Source: Magnetococcus sp. DMHC-8 (lineage in GTDB: Bacteria; Pseudomonadota; Magnetococcia; Magnetococcales; Magnetaquicoccaceae). Taken from it: a stretch of DNA of 24,000 bases. Below, piece after piece: positions 1-8,252 of this stretch. Positions within the stretch are counted from its first letter, which is position 1; the number at the start of each line of letters is the position of its first letter. A program made the position numbers and the translations under genes. Where the stretch lies: contig JAMOAX010000006.1 of NCBI GenBank assembly GCA_039908555.1, positions 19,598 through 43,597 of the forward strand, written 5' to 3'. Below the pieces are notes generated by a model. That model was not told where the DNA came from. It saw only the letters and a list, made by a program, of their open reading frames with translations, and ran no database searches.

Positions 1-723
1 CAGCAGCTTGTCCGATACCTCCCGGCTCATCAGGTTGAGCAGCTCGGCCACCTTCTTGGTACCGCCGCCCTCCTGCTGTCGACCGCTGCGAGCCACCCCC
101 AATGCATTCAACTCGGTCAGCAGGGAGGCCTCAATATCCTCCAGGGCGCCCGGCGGCAGGGTGTTCATCCGGGCCATGCGATAGACGACCTGCTGCTGCA
201 TTTCGGTGGACAGGTGGTCGATCACCAGGGCGGCATGTTCCTGTTGCAACTGGGAGACGATCAGAGAGACACTCTGGGGATGCTCGCTGGCCAGGAAAGT
301 GGCCACCAGGGCCGGCTCCATGGCATTCAGGACCTCCCAGGGGGTGCTTTTGGGTCCGGACTGCACCTCTTTCAGCAATTGGCGGGCACGGTCCTTGCCC
401 AGCGTCTTGGTCAGCAGATCCCGCACCTGGTTTTGCCCACCACGCACATCAAACATCTTGAGCTCAAACTTGTCGAGAAACTCCTGACGAACCGCCTGCA
501 CCGCATCCGGCGGCATAACCCCCATCCGGGACACAACACGGGAAACTTCACGCAGCTCAGTCTCTTGCATGCCCTCCATGATCCGCTTGGCATCCTCGTC
601 CGGCAGCGACAGCAGGAAAATGCCAGCCTTTTCCTTGCCGCTCAACCGTATGCGCGGCGAGGCGCCACGCCGGGACACCGAAGAATCACCGCCACCGTTT
701 TCCCAGCCTTGCTGTGTATCCAT
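1..723 (-). CDS. fliG: Flagellar motor switch protein FliG, N-terminal 241 codons; the 3' end runs off the window
   Basis: Absent from the ORF track because it has no in-window stop. My reverse-strand translation from ATG 723..721 stays open to position 1: MDTQQGWENGGGDSSVSRRGASPRIRLSGKEKAGIFLLSLPDEDAKRIMEGMQETELREVSRVVSRMGVMPPDAVQAVRQEFLDKFE...FLASEHPQSVSLIVSQLQQEHAALVIDHLSTEMQQQVVYRMARM. This is FliG-like and lies downstream of fliF in the canonical order. An in-frame stop at 745..747 limits the start to 723 (ATG), 729 (TTG) or 735 (GTG). Confidence 0.85.
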   Translation of the reverse strand, partial: MDTQQGWENGGGDSSVSRRGASPRIRLSGKEKAGIFLLSLPDEDAKRIMEGMQETELREVSRVVSRMGVMPPDAVQAVRQEFLDKFELKMFDVRGGQNQVRDLLTKTLGKDRARQLLKEVQSGPKSTPWEVLNAMEPALVATFLASEHPQSVSLIVSQLQQEHAALVIDHLSTEMQQQVVYRMARMNTLPPGALEDIEASLLTELNALGVARSGRQQEGGGTKKVAELLNLMSREVSDKLL

Positions 724-944
724 ACGCAACCCCACCCGTCTGCATCAACCGACTTTGATCATCGCTTCGTGCATACCGCCGCCCCGCGTCCCGAAAAACC
801 ACGCCGGAATTGCGGGTCCAGAACAGTCACCTCCCCGACTGGCCCAGGGCAGAGCCCCAGGCCATGGCCCGCTGCACCAAACCGCACGACCGGGCAGCCA
901 CCCGGTCGTTGCATCCCCCGTCATTTTCCGGCAACCGACCGGTC

Positions 945-2585
945 TCAATCCTGCGCCATCCAGCTGCGGATGATCTCCCGCGCCTCCTCCGGGTTGTCGG
1001 CGATCATCTGCTGAACCATCTTGATGCTGCGATCGGGGGTGCGCACCCGCAGCGGCTCCTCGGAAGGCAAGGCTCCCACCCCCTCGGCAACCAACTGCTG
1101 GTCCAACTCGGCCACCGCCGCCGGAATACCCGTCGGTTCCGCCATTCTCTCTCCCGTCAGGAACTCGTCCACCATGGGCCTCAGCACCACAAAAAGCAGG
1201 GTGAGAATGGCGACGGCCAGCGCCAGATGCAGCCAGAACTCGGCAGACTGCCAGAAACGGGGAGAGGTGTCTTCGGCAGTCGGCACCCGCTCGAAAGGCA
1301 CGCTGGCCATCTCGATGGTATCGCCCCGTTTGTTGTCAAATCCCACCGCCCGCTCGACAATTTTTTGCAGGCGGTTCATCTCCTCTTCGGAACGCTTCTT
1401 GTTGCCGGTCTTGTCGCCGGTGGGACTCTCTTCGGGGGTGTCCACCAGGACGGCCACAGAGAGGCGCTTGATGGTGCCTACCGGCAGGAGGGTCTTGTTG
1501 ATGGTTTTGGAAATTTCATAGTTGATGGTGTCCCGTTCGGTGTTGCGTGCCTGGGTGGAACCGCCGGCGCCGGTCTTGGCCGTATCGTTGGCATCGTTGG
1601 TGCGAACCCCCGGCGTGCCGCCCACGCCAAAATCACCCCGGCTGTTCTCATTGACAGACTGCTCGCTGCGCGGCACCCCCCCCTGACCGGCCGGGTCAAA
1701 AATTTCCTCCTGACGTTCGGTGCGGGAAAGATCCAACTCGGCGGTAATCCGCACGATGCTCTTGCTGACCCCGCTGGGACTGATCCCGATCACCTTGTCC
1801 AGCATGGCCTGGGCCCGATCCTCCAGCCCCTTTTCCACCTGCTGCTGCAAGGTCAGGGTTTCGTCCGCGCCCATGCGCCCGTCCTTGGAGGCCGTGCGAC
1901 CACCGGCAATCAGATTGCCCTTGCCATCCAGCAAGGTCACATTATGCTCGTCCAGCCCCTCCACCGCCGTCGCCACCAGATGCACAATCCCCTCCACCTG
2001 TTTGGGCTGCAGGGGATGGGACAGTTCCATGATGACCGAGGCCGTGGCCGGGCGCGCCTCGGTCACGAACAGGGAGGGCTTGGGCAAAACCAGGTGCACC
2101 CGGGCCGTATGAACGGCAGAGACGCTCTCGATGGTGCGGGCCAGTTCACCCTGCAGGGCACGCTGATAGTTCATGCGCTGCACAAAATCAGTCATCCCCA
2201 CCAGACTGCTCTTGTCAAACAGCTCAAAACCAACGCCGGTCCCCTGCTTGGGCAAACCCTGGGTGGCCATCTCCAGACGCAAATCATATACCCGGTCCGC
2301 CGGGACATCCACCGACGTACCGCCCGGCCCGATCTGGTAGGGCACCTTCATCTTGTTCAGGTGTTCGATGATCCGTCCCGTCTCTTCCTGGGGCAGACCG
2401 GAAAACAGCATTTTGTAGGACGGGCGCGTAGCAAACCAGATCATGACGGAAAGCGCCAGAATGGTGGCACCAATCGCCAACAAGAGGCCGTTGCGTCCAC
2501 CCAGGGGCAACTGCGACAAAACACGGGCCGCAGTATCAATCAGATTGGAGGGCGTCTGCGGAACGACAGCAGGAGATTCAGCCAT
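945..2585 (-). CDS. fliF: Flagellar M-ring protein FliF
   Basis: 546-aa ORF with an N-terminal TM segment (LLLAIGATILALSVMIWF). It has the typical FliF/YscJ core (KMLFSGLPQEETGRIIEHLNKMKVPYQI, RLEMATQGLPK, QRMNYQRALQGELARTI) and a C-terminal TM. It lies between fliE and fliG. Confidence 0.95.
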   Translation of the reverse strand: MAESPAVVPQTPSNLIDTAARVLSQLPLGGRNGLLLAIGATILALSVMIWFATRPSYKMLFSGLPQEETGRIIEHLNKMKVPYQIGPGGTSVDVPADRVYDLRLEMATQGLPKQGTGVGFELFDKSSLVGMTDFVQRMNYQRALQGELARTIESVSAVHTARVHLVLPKPSLFVTEARPATASVIMELSHPLQPKQVEGIVHLVATAVEGLDEHNVTLLDGKGNLIAGGRTASKDGRMGADETLTLQQQVEKGLEDRAQAMLDKVIGISPSGVSKSIVRITAELDLSRTERQEEIFDPAGQGGVPRSEQSVNENSRGDFGVGGTPGVRTNDANDTAKTGAGGSTQARNTERDTINYEISKTINKTLLPVGTIKRLSVAVLVDTPEESPTGDKTGNKKRSEEEMNRLQKIVERAVGFDNKRGDTIEMASVPFERVPTAEDTSPRFWQSAEFWLHLALAVAILTLLFVVLRPMVDEFLTGERMAEPTGIPAAVAELDQQLVAEGVGALPSEEPLRVRTPDRSIKMVQQMIADNPEEAREIIRSWMAQD

Positions 2586-2700
2586 GGTATTTCATTTCCA
2601 TAGTCACGACATCAGGATACACGGCATTCACACCGGTGAAAACCCTTCCACGGTTCATCATGGCACACGAGATCTGGCACCACAACAGGTCCGGCAAGAC

Positions 2701-3018
2701 TTAGCCCGTCGGCATCGTCATGATTTCGTGGTACACCTCCAACGCCTTGTTGCGCACCTGCAGCAACAGGCGCAAATGCAGCTCCGCCTCGGAACTGGCA
2801 ATCTGGGCTTCGTGGATGCTCACCCCGGCATTGCCCAGGAGGGCCCGTTCGGTCAACTCCTTGGACTCTTTCTGCAATCGATCAGTCTCTTTGATCTGCT
2901 GTGCCAGCATGCTGGAAAAGGTCTCCCAGGCAGCGCCCTTGCCCTCGCCGACCACACTGGTGGTCAAGACTGGCAGCATGCTGGGCAACGGAATGTTGGC
3001 AACCCCGTGGATGGACAT
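2701..3018 (-). CDS. fliE: Flagellar hook-basal body complex protein FliE
   Basis: 105 aa, the right size and position between flgC and fliF. The C-terminal helix ...EAELHLRLLLQVRNKALEVYHEIMTM is FliE-like. Confidence 0.85.
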   Translation of the reverse strand: MSIHGVANIPLPSMLPVLTTSVVGEGKGAAWETFSSMLAQQIKETDRLQKESKELTERALLGNAGVSIHEAQIASSEAELHLRLLLQVRNKALEVYHEIMTMPTG

Positions 3019-3022
3019 CTAT

Positions 3023-3031
3023 CCCCCCCCC
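3023..3031. repeat. C9 (G9 on the coding strand) homopolymer filling the flgC-fliE intercistronic ribosome-binding region
   Basis: Read directly. The minus strand is TAA GA GGGGGGGGG ATAG ATG: flgC stop, G9, fliE start. Confidence 0.9.
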
Positions 3032-3033
3032 TC

Positions 3034-3462
3034 TTAACGACCGATTTCCAATGCCTTCAAGGCCATGGCCTTGGAGGCGTTCAGCACGGTGACATTGGAC
3101 TCGTAGGCATGCGTGGCCGCCATCATGTTGACCATTTCCGTGACCGTATCAATATTGGGCATCTCCACGTAGCCGTCCGCCTTGGCATCGGGATGACCGG
3201 GATCATACTGACGGCGCGGCGGCCGTTCATCCACATGGATACGCTCGACGGCCACCCCGGTGGAACCGGCCATCTGCTCCCGGCTCAGCATTTCATCAAA
3301 CGGCTGGGCGGCAAACACAGGGTCCCGGCGCTTGTACGGACCACCCTCCACCGTGCGTGTGGTCTGCGCATTGGCCACATTTTCCGCCGTCACATTCATC
3401 CGCAACCGCTGTGCCGTCAACGCGGAGGCCGTCACCCGAAACGAGGTCAAAAAATCCATCAC
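3034..3462 (-). CDS. flgC: Flagellar basal-body rod protein FlgC
   Basis: 142 aa. The N-terminus MMDFLTSFRVTASALTAQRLRMNVTAENVANAQTT carries the rod-protein signature. The C-terminal ...YESNVTVLNASKAMALKALEIGR is typical of FlgC. Confidence 0.95.
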   Translation of the reverse strand: MMDFLTSFRVTASALTAQRLRMNVTAENVANAQTTRTVEGGPYKRRDPVFAAQPFDEMLSREQMAGSTGVAVERIHVDERPPRRQYDPGHPDAKADGYVEMPNIDTVTEMVNMMAATHAYESNVTVLNASKAMALKALEIGR

Positions 3463-3489
3463 AACCCCCTGATCAATCCCGAAAGAATG

Positions 3490-3903
3490 TTACTGCACAT
3501 TGCCGCTGATGATCATGCGCATGGTCCCGATCTGTCCGCTCAACGACTGGGCCGCAAAATTGTACAGGAGCTGGTTGGCCGCCTGCTGGGCCATCTCCTG
3601 CTCCATATCGACGGAATTGCCGTCTCCCTTGGGAATGGTCGTCTCCACCTCCTGCACCTCGCCGGTGACCGGACCGGTATACCCCTTGGGCAGATGCCGG
3701 GAGGTGGTGCGCGCCATGGGCAGCTCATCCCGGGGCGGCAGGGACTCCTTCAGGACATTTTCAAACTCAAAACGCCGCGCCTTGTAACCCGGCGTGTCCG
3801 CATTGGCCACGTTGGAGGTGATGATCTCCTGACGCTGTTGACGCAGGTCAAGGAGGTTGGCCTTGAACGCTCCGGCCGGACCCAGCAAACCCAACTCAGC
3901 CAT
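3490..3903 (-). CDS. flgB: Flagellar basal-body rod protein FlgB
   Basis: An internal ATG at 3903 is preceded by GGAGGG. It gives a 137-aa product, MAELGLLGPAGAFKANLLDLRQQRQEIITSNVANADTPGYKARRFEFE..., with the FlgB signature SNxANxxTPGY. The 58 residues further upstream in the ORF (to 4077) are not protein-like. Confidence 0.9.
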   Translation of the reverse strand: MAELGLLGPAGAFKANLLDLRQQRQEIITSNVANADTPGYKARRFEFENVLKESLPPRDELPMARTTSRHLPKGYTGPVTGEVQEVETTIPKGDGNSVDMEQEMAQQAANQLLYNFAAQSLSGQIGTMRMIISGNVQ

Positions 3904-4137
3904 CTCACCCTCCACACCCAACGTTGGACAGCATACTCCCGCACGGGCCCCGCAATATTCAGAAAGGGCAAAACAAACAACCAGTAAAGTCTGTAATACC
4001 CCCCGTCTGCCGCCCGTCCTCCGAACCGCATCCGGCCACCCGCACGGTAGGATGACAATTTTCAACGGAAAATGCAATGTATTTTTCAGTGGGCCTGACG
4101 GATTGCCCGATCAGGAAGAGTTCCCCCGTGGGCTCGG

Positions 4138-5091
4138 TCAGCCAGCCCGGACCGTGGCCAGTTTTTCCTGAATGAGCCGTCGCAACTGTCCTGTGGCGGC
4201 CGCCACGCGCGCCGTGACCAGATCCGGCCAGCCATCATCCGACAGTTCGTCCGGATGGAACGGATAGAGCAGGCCGCGGGACGAGGCCGCGTAGGCACCC
4301 ACACCGTGCGGGCCAGCACCGGCGACGACAGCATCCAGTGAACCACCCTGCGCACCCACCCCGGGCATCAGGAACAGGGCATGGGGGGCAATGCGCCGCA
4401 ATCGGTGGGCCATCTCCGGATAGGTCGCCCCCACCACCATTCCCACATTGGCAAATTGTTGCCTTCCCAGACGGGCATCCCCCCACTGATGAACGAGCTC
4501 AGCCATCTTTTCTGCCACGGTCACCCCCGGTTTGCCCTCTGCCCACAAGGGCAGGTCCTGCAGTTCGCCCGAGGAAGGATTCGAAGTCTTGGCCAACACA
4601 AACAGACCGGCCTCGGCGTTGACCGCCTGGAAGGGGCGGATACCGTCGCTGCCCAGGTAGCCGTTGAGGGTGATGGCATCCACCTGCCAGGGATTGGGGG
4701 TGCCGAACAGGGGATGGCGAGGGGCCAGCCAGGCGGTGGCATAGGCCCCGGCGGTATGGGCGACATCGTTGCGTTTGGCATCCATGATCACCAGCAGTCC
4801 CCGTTCGTGCAGCAGGGCGATGGTGCGTTGCAGCGCCTGCAGACCGGCCAGGCCATACTGTTCATAGAAGGCGGCCTGGGGTTTGTAGGCCACCACCTCG
4901 GTCGCGGTCGCCTCAATCACCACCCGATTGAAATCGACCAGGATCTCTGTCAGTTGGGCCTCGGTCGGTTGCTGACGCAACCGGGCCTGGAGCGCGACGG
5001 GAAAGCGGGCCACGTCCGGGTCCAGCCCCACCACGATGCGGGAATGGCAGGCCAGCGCCCGGTCGATCAAGCGATCCGCAAAAGTCGTCAT
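4138..5091 (-). CDS. pyrF: Orotidine-5'-phosphate decarboxylase, type 2 (long form)
   Basis: 317 aa with RIVVGLDPD, AYKPQAAFYEQYG, VIMDAKRNDVAHT and PGVGAQGG motifs, characteristic of type 2 PyrF. Confidence 0.9.
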   Translation of the reverse strand: MTTFADRLIDRALACHSRIVVGLDPDVARFPVALQARLRQQPTEAQLTEILVDFNRVVIEATATEVVAYKPQAAFYEQYGLAGLQALQRTIALLHERGLLVIMDAKRNDVAHTAGAYATAWLAPRHPLFGTPNPWQVDAITLNGYLGSDGIRPFQAVNAEAGLFVLAKTSNPSSGELQDLPLWAEGKPGVTVAEKMAELVHQWGDARLGRQQFANVGMVVGATYPEMAHRLRRIAPHALFLMPGVGAQGGSLDAVVAGAGPHGVGAYAASSRGLLYPFHPDELSDDGWPDLVTARVAAATGQLRRLIQEKLATVRAG

Positions 5092-5109
5092 CTCCCTGGC
5101 ATCCTCCCT

Positions 5110-5841
5110 TTACCCCACCTGGGCCAACCAGGGAAACCACTGGAGCAGCCAGATGGACAACTGGTTGAAACTGCCGAACATGATCAGCAAACCCACCATC
5201 ACCAGCAGTCCGCCGGAAACCCTCTCCACCTGGTGCAAGTGGCTGCGGATGCGGGTAAAAAACTGAAAAAAACGGTTGATCGCCAGACCGGCCAGCAGGA
5301 ACGGCACGCCCAGTCCCGCCGAATAGACCGCCAGCAGCACGATACCCTGTTGCACGCTCTCCTGGGTGCCGGCAATGGCCAGGATGCCCGCCAGGATGGG
5401 ACCGACACAGGGTGTCCAGCCGAACGCAAAAGCCAGGCCAATCAGATAGGCCCCCAGCAGGCCGGGCGGCTTTTGTTGCGGATTGAAACGGGCCTCCCGG
5501 TTGAGCAGATCGATCCGGAACAGGCCCATGTAGTGCAGTCCGAACACCACGATCAGACCGCCCCCCACCTGGGCGAGCAGTTGCATATGCTGCAGGAGCA
5601 AGCGACTGAGCAGGGTGGCCGAGGCGCCCAGGGCGATGAAGACCGTGGAAAAACCCAACACAAAAGCAAGACTGTGCAAACCGATCCGCCAACTGAGCCC
5701 ACCCTCCTGACCAGCGCGCATGCCGGTGACCGATACCCCCGTCATGAAGCTGATATAGGCGGGCACCAGCGGCAGCACACAGGGCGACACAAAGGAGAGC
5801 AGCCCGGCCAGCAACGCGGTGGCCACCGTGACATTTTCCAT
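5110..5841 (-). CDS. ccdA: Cytochrome c biogenesis / thiol-disulfide electron transporter CcdA (DsbD transmembrane-domain family)
   Basis: 243-aa polytopic membrane protein. It has the first conserved Cys motif LLSFVSPCVLPLVPAYISF and a second FGWTPCVGPILAGIL. Confidence 0.9.
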   Translation of the reverse strand: MENVTVATALLAGLLSFVSPCVLPLVPAYISFMTGVSVTGMRAGQEGGLSWRIGLHSLAFVLGFSTVFIALGASATLLSRLLLQHMQLLAQVGGGLIVVFGLHYMGLFRIDLLNREARFNPQQKPPGLLGAYLIGLAFAFGWTPCVGPILAGILAIAGTQESVQQGIVLLAVYSAGLGVPFLLAGLAINRFFQFFTRIRSHLHQVERVSGGLLVMVGLLIMFGSFNQLSIWLLQWFPWLAQVG

Positions 5842-5845
5842 TCGC

Positions 5846-6187
5846 CTATTCCTTCAAGGGGGGAGGGTCTCTGGTCACGGCCCACACCCACTCCCGATAG
5901 GCCGGCAGGCTCTGGTCGACAGGGGTGGCCACGATTTCAGGGAGTTCGTAGGGATGCAGTGTCAACAAGCGGGCCTCCAGTACCGGGTACAGGCTGTGTC
6001 TCGTCTTGATCAACAGGGTCCACTCCGCATCCCGGTGGATCGTGCCCTGCCAGCGATAGACGGAGCGTCCGCCGGGGAGCAGATGCACACAGGCGGCCAA
6101 TTGTTCATCCACCAGGGTGGCGGCCAGCTCGGCCGCCACGGTTTCGTCCGGCAAGGTGGTCCAGACCAGCAGCAGATCGGTCGTCAT
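5846..6187 (-). CDS. cutA: Divalent-cation tolerance protein CutA
   Basis: 113 aa: LLLVWTTLPDETVAAELAATLVDEQLAACVHLLPGGRSVYRWQG...YELPEIVATPV. CutA1 fold signature. The cutA-dsbD/ccdA adjacency mirrors the E. coli cutA-dipZ arrangement. Confidence 0.9.
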   Translation of the reverse strand: MTTDLLLVWTTLPDETVAAELAATLVDEQLAACVHLLPGGRSVYRWQGTIHRDAEWTLLIKTRHSLYPVLEARLLTLHPYELPEIVATPVDQSLPAYREWVWAVTRDPPPLKE

Positions 6188-6212
6188 GGGCAGCCTTTTT
6201 TCTGTATGGCAC

Positions 6213-6785
6213 TCACTGGCTCACCGCAGTGGCGGCCAGGAACGGTTCGACCAACTCCCGCAAACCCTTTTCAGTCACCCCGCCCATCTGCGTGGAGACC
6301 AGGCGACCTTGCCGGTCCAGCAGTTTGGTGACCGGCAGACCAAACACCCCGCCCAGGGCGGTGGCCAGTTGTCCCAATTTGCCCGCATCGCCGTGGACGA
6401 TAGGATAGTTGATCCGATGCTGAGCGATAAAGCGCAGCAATTGCTCGTGGCTGGCCTGATCCATGTAGTCGACCCCGACCACCACGACCCCCTTGTCGGC
6501 ATACCGGGCCTGAAAACGCACCAGCTCCGGAATCTCTTCCAGACAGGGAGGACACCAGGTGGCCCAGAAATTGACCAGGACCACCTTGCCCCGCAGATCG
6601 GTCAGCCGCAAGGTTTTGCCGTCTGCCGTATTCAGCAGCATATCCAACTCCTGGGCGGCCAGGGCCGGGCCGGACGGCCCCCCCAGCACCACCAAACCGC
6701 ATACCGCCAGGACCGCACCCAGTTGCCGCCACCCCCGTCCGACCAGACCGGGCAGGTCCATGCGACGCCATTGTGTGACCATCAT
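6213..6785 (-). CDS. TlpA/ResA-family periplasmic thiol:disulfide oxidoreductase (thioredoxin fold)
   Basis: 190 aa. It has an N-terminal signal/anchor (LGAVLAVCGLVVLGG), the active site VLVNFWATWCPPCLEEIPEL, and GLPVTKLLDRQG near the C-terminus. An alternative start is possible at the internal Met (MDLPG, 6761). Confidence 0.85.
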   Translation of the reverse strand: MMVTQWRRMDLPGLVGRGWRQLGAVLAVCGLVVLGGPSGPALAAQELDMLLNTADGKTLRLTDLRGKVVLVNFWATWCPPCLEEIPELVRFQARYADKGVVVVGVDYMDQASHEQLLRFIAQHRINYPIVHGDAGKLGQLATALGGVFGLPVTKLLDRQGRLVSTQMGGVTEKGLRELVEPFLAATAVSQ

Positions 6786-6956
6786 GCCATGTTCTCCATT
6801 CGATGGATATGTGCTTCAGGATGACATGCCGCCGTTTGTGACAGTGCAACACTTGAAAGGGTGGCATGTTGTCGTCATTATATCCCAGTTGTTGCCCGTT
6901 GTGCAGGGCGGATGCATCCCGCTACCCGACATTTTCCAGTGACCACCCTGTCCACC

Positions 6957-8252
6957 ATGCCCCTTTTCCGCCATCTGTCGGCCTGTCCCCACTGTGACGC
7001 CCTGCACCGGGTGCATCGGTTGCCGTCCGGGCAGTCGGCCTTGTGCAGTCGCTGCGGCACGATACTGTACCGCAGTCGCCGGACGGGCGCGGACCGGGCG
7101 CTGGCGCTGGCCCTGACCGGGCTGCTGCTGCTGGTCATGGCCAATACGCAACCGCTGTTGACCCTGGAACTGGGAGGACGCCTGCAGGAGAGCACCCTGT
7201 GGACCGGGGTGACGGCCCTGTTTGCCGAGGGATTCTGGCTGCTGGCACTGCTGGTGTTGTGTACCAGCCTGCTGTTCCCGTTGCTGGTGCTGTCGGGGAT
7301 GAGCTGGCTGCTGCTGCCCTGGCCACGACGGTCTCCCTTCCCGCGGGGGACGACAGTCATTTTCCGGGCCGTCACCGCCCTGACTCCCTGGAGCATGATC
7401 GGCATCTATACCCTTGGACTCATGGTGGCCATCGTCAAGTTGCGCGACCTGGCCACGGTGACGCCGGGCATCGCGCTGTATGCCTTTGTCGGCCTGTTGC
7501 TGACCACCATTGCCGCCCACCTGTCGTTTGACGCCCGCGCCCGGCAACGCATTCTGGCAGCGGCTGTGGTCGATCCGGTCCCGCAGCCTGCCCCGTTGCC
7601 ACCCCGGGCAGCTCCGCTCCGATCCACTGCCCTGCGCAGCGGCTTGCTGCGCTGTCACACCTGCACCCGGTTGTGCCATCGCCCGGATGGGCCCGGTGAA
7701 TCATGGCGCTGTCCCCGCTGCGGCAGTCGGGTGCACCCGCGCAAGCCGGCCAGTCTGGCCCGCACCTGGGCATTGCTGCTGACGGCCGCCCTGCTGTACC
7801 TGCCAGCCAATCTGCTGCCCATCATGACCGTCATCCGTTTTGGCCAGGGGGAACCCGATACCATCCTGAGCGGCATCCAGCATCTGCTGCAGAGCGGCTT
7901 GTGGCCCCTGGCCACGCTCATCTTTTTCGCCAGCATGGTCGTCCCGTTGATGAAACTGGGGGTGCTGACCTTCCTGCTGGTGTCGGTGCATTATCGCTGC
8001 CGCTGGCGTCCCGGGGAGCGCACGTCGCTCTACCGGGTGATCGAGCTGTTTGGCCACTGGTCCATGGTGGATATTTTCCTGCTGGCCATCCTGACGGCCC
8101 TGGTCCAACTGGGCACCCTGTCCACCATTGAACCGGGCCAGGGGGCCACCTTTTTCGGCCTGGTGGTGGTCTTCACCATGCTGGCCACGAAAAGTTTTGA
8201 TCCACGCCTGATGTGGGATGCGATGGAGAAACCCCATGAACACGCCGCTTGA
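6957..8252 (+). CDS. pqiA: Intermembrane transport protein PqiA (paraquat-inducible protein A family), two-repeat form
   Basis: There are two PqiA halves, each with a Cys4 zinc-ribbon-like motif (CPHCDAL...CSRCGT and CHTCTRL...CPRCGS) followed by TM helices. The tail reads LFGHWSMVDIFLLAILTALV. Start is uncertain: ATGs at 6861, 6912 and 6957. I prefer 6957 (MPLFRHLSACPHCD) by analogy to PqiA N-termini. Confidence 0.85.
   Translation: MPLFRHLSACPHCDALHRVHRLPSGQSALCSRCGTILYRSRRTGADRALALALTGLLLLVMANTQPLLTLELGGRLQESTLWTGVTALFAEGFWLLALLVLCTSLLFPLLVLSGMSWLLLPWPRRSPFPRGTTVIFRAVTALTPWSMIGIYTLGLMVAIVKLRDLATVTPGIALYAFVGLLLTTIAAHLSFDARARQRILAAAVVDPVPQPAPLPPRAAPLRSTALRSGLLRCHTCTRLCHRPDGPGESWRCPRCGSRVHPRKPASLARTWALLLTAALLYLPANLLPIMTVIRFGQGEPDTILSGIQHLLQSGLWPLATLIFFASMVVPLMKLGVLTFLLVSVHYRCRWRPGERTSLYRVIELFGHWSMVDIFLLAILTALVQLGTLSTIEPGQGATFFGLVVVFTMLATKSFDPRLMWDAMEKPHEHAA

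Noticed and set aside
745-948. 67-aa minus-strand ORF in the fliF-fliG spacer.
   Set aside because: The sequence is Gly/Trp/Pro/Arg-rich and non-protein-like, with no RBS. It overlaps the fliF stop region.
810-2603. Very long ORFs antisense to recognised genes. This 597-aa example is one. Others are 2443..3987 +, 4381..6009 +, 8173..9381 -, 10596..12023 -, 13663..14880 +, 17253..18092 -, 19495..20298 -, 20628..21521 - and 22165..22986 +.
   Set aside because: Each lies opposite a gene with clear family-level identity. Their translations are low-complexity and rich in R/G/H/Q/P, with no recognisable motifs. This is the usual stop-codon-poor antisense artefact of GC-rich DNA.
3967-3984. Sigma54-like element upstream of flgB (minus strand CTGGTTGTTTGTTTTGCC).
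   Set aside because: The GG-to-GC spacing is one nucleotide longer than the TGGCAC-N5-TTGC consensus, and the -24 box matches only TGG. It cannot be supported without a genome-specific model or transcription start data.
3904-4077. 58-residue N-terminal extension of the FlgB ORF (ORF track start at 4077).
   Set aside because: The extension (MHFPLKIVILPCGWPDAVRRTGG...) is not FlgB-like. An internal ATG at 3903 with a GGAGGG RBS gives a product of canonical FlgB length and N-terminus.
6861-6956. Upstream start codons for pqiA (6861 and 6912).
   Set aside because: The extra residues (MACCRHYIPVVARCAGRMHPATRHFPVTTLST) have no counterpart in PqiA N-termini as I know them. The call remains uncertain because 6957 lacks a clear RBS, whereas 6861 has a weak AAGGG.
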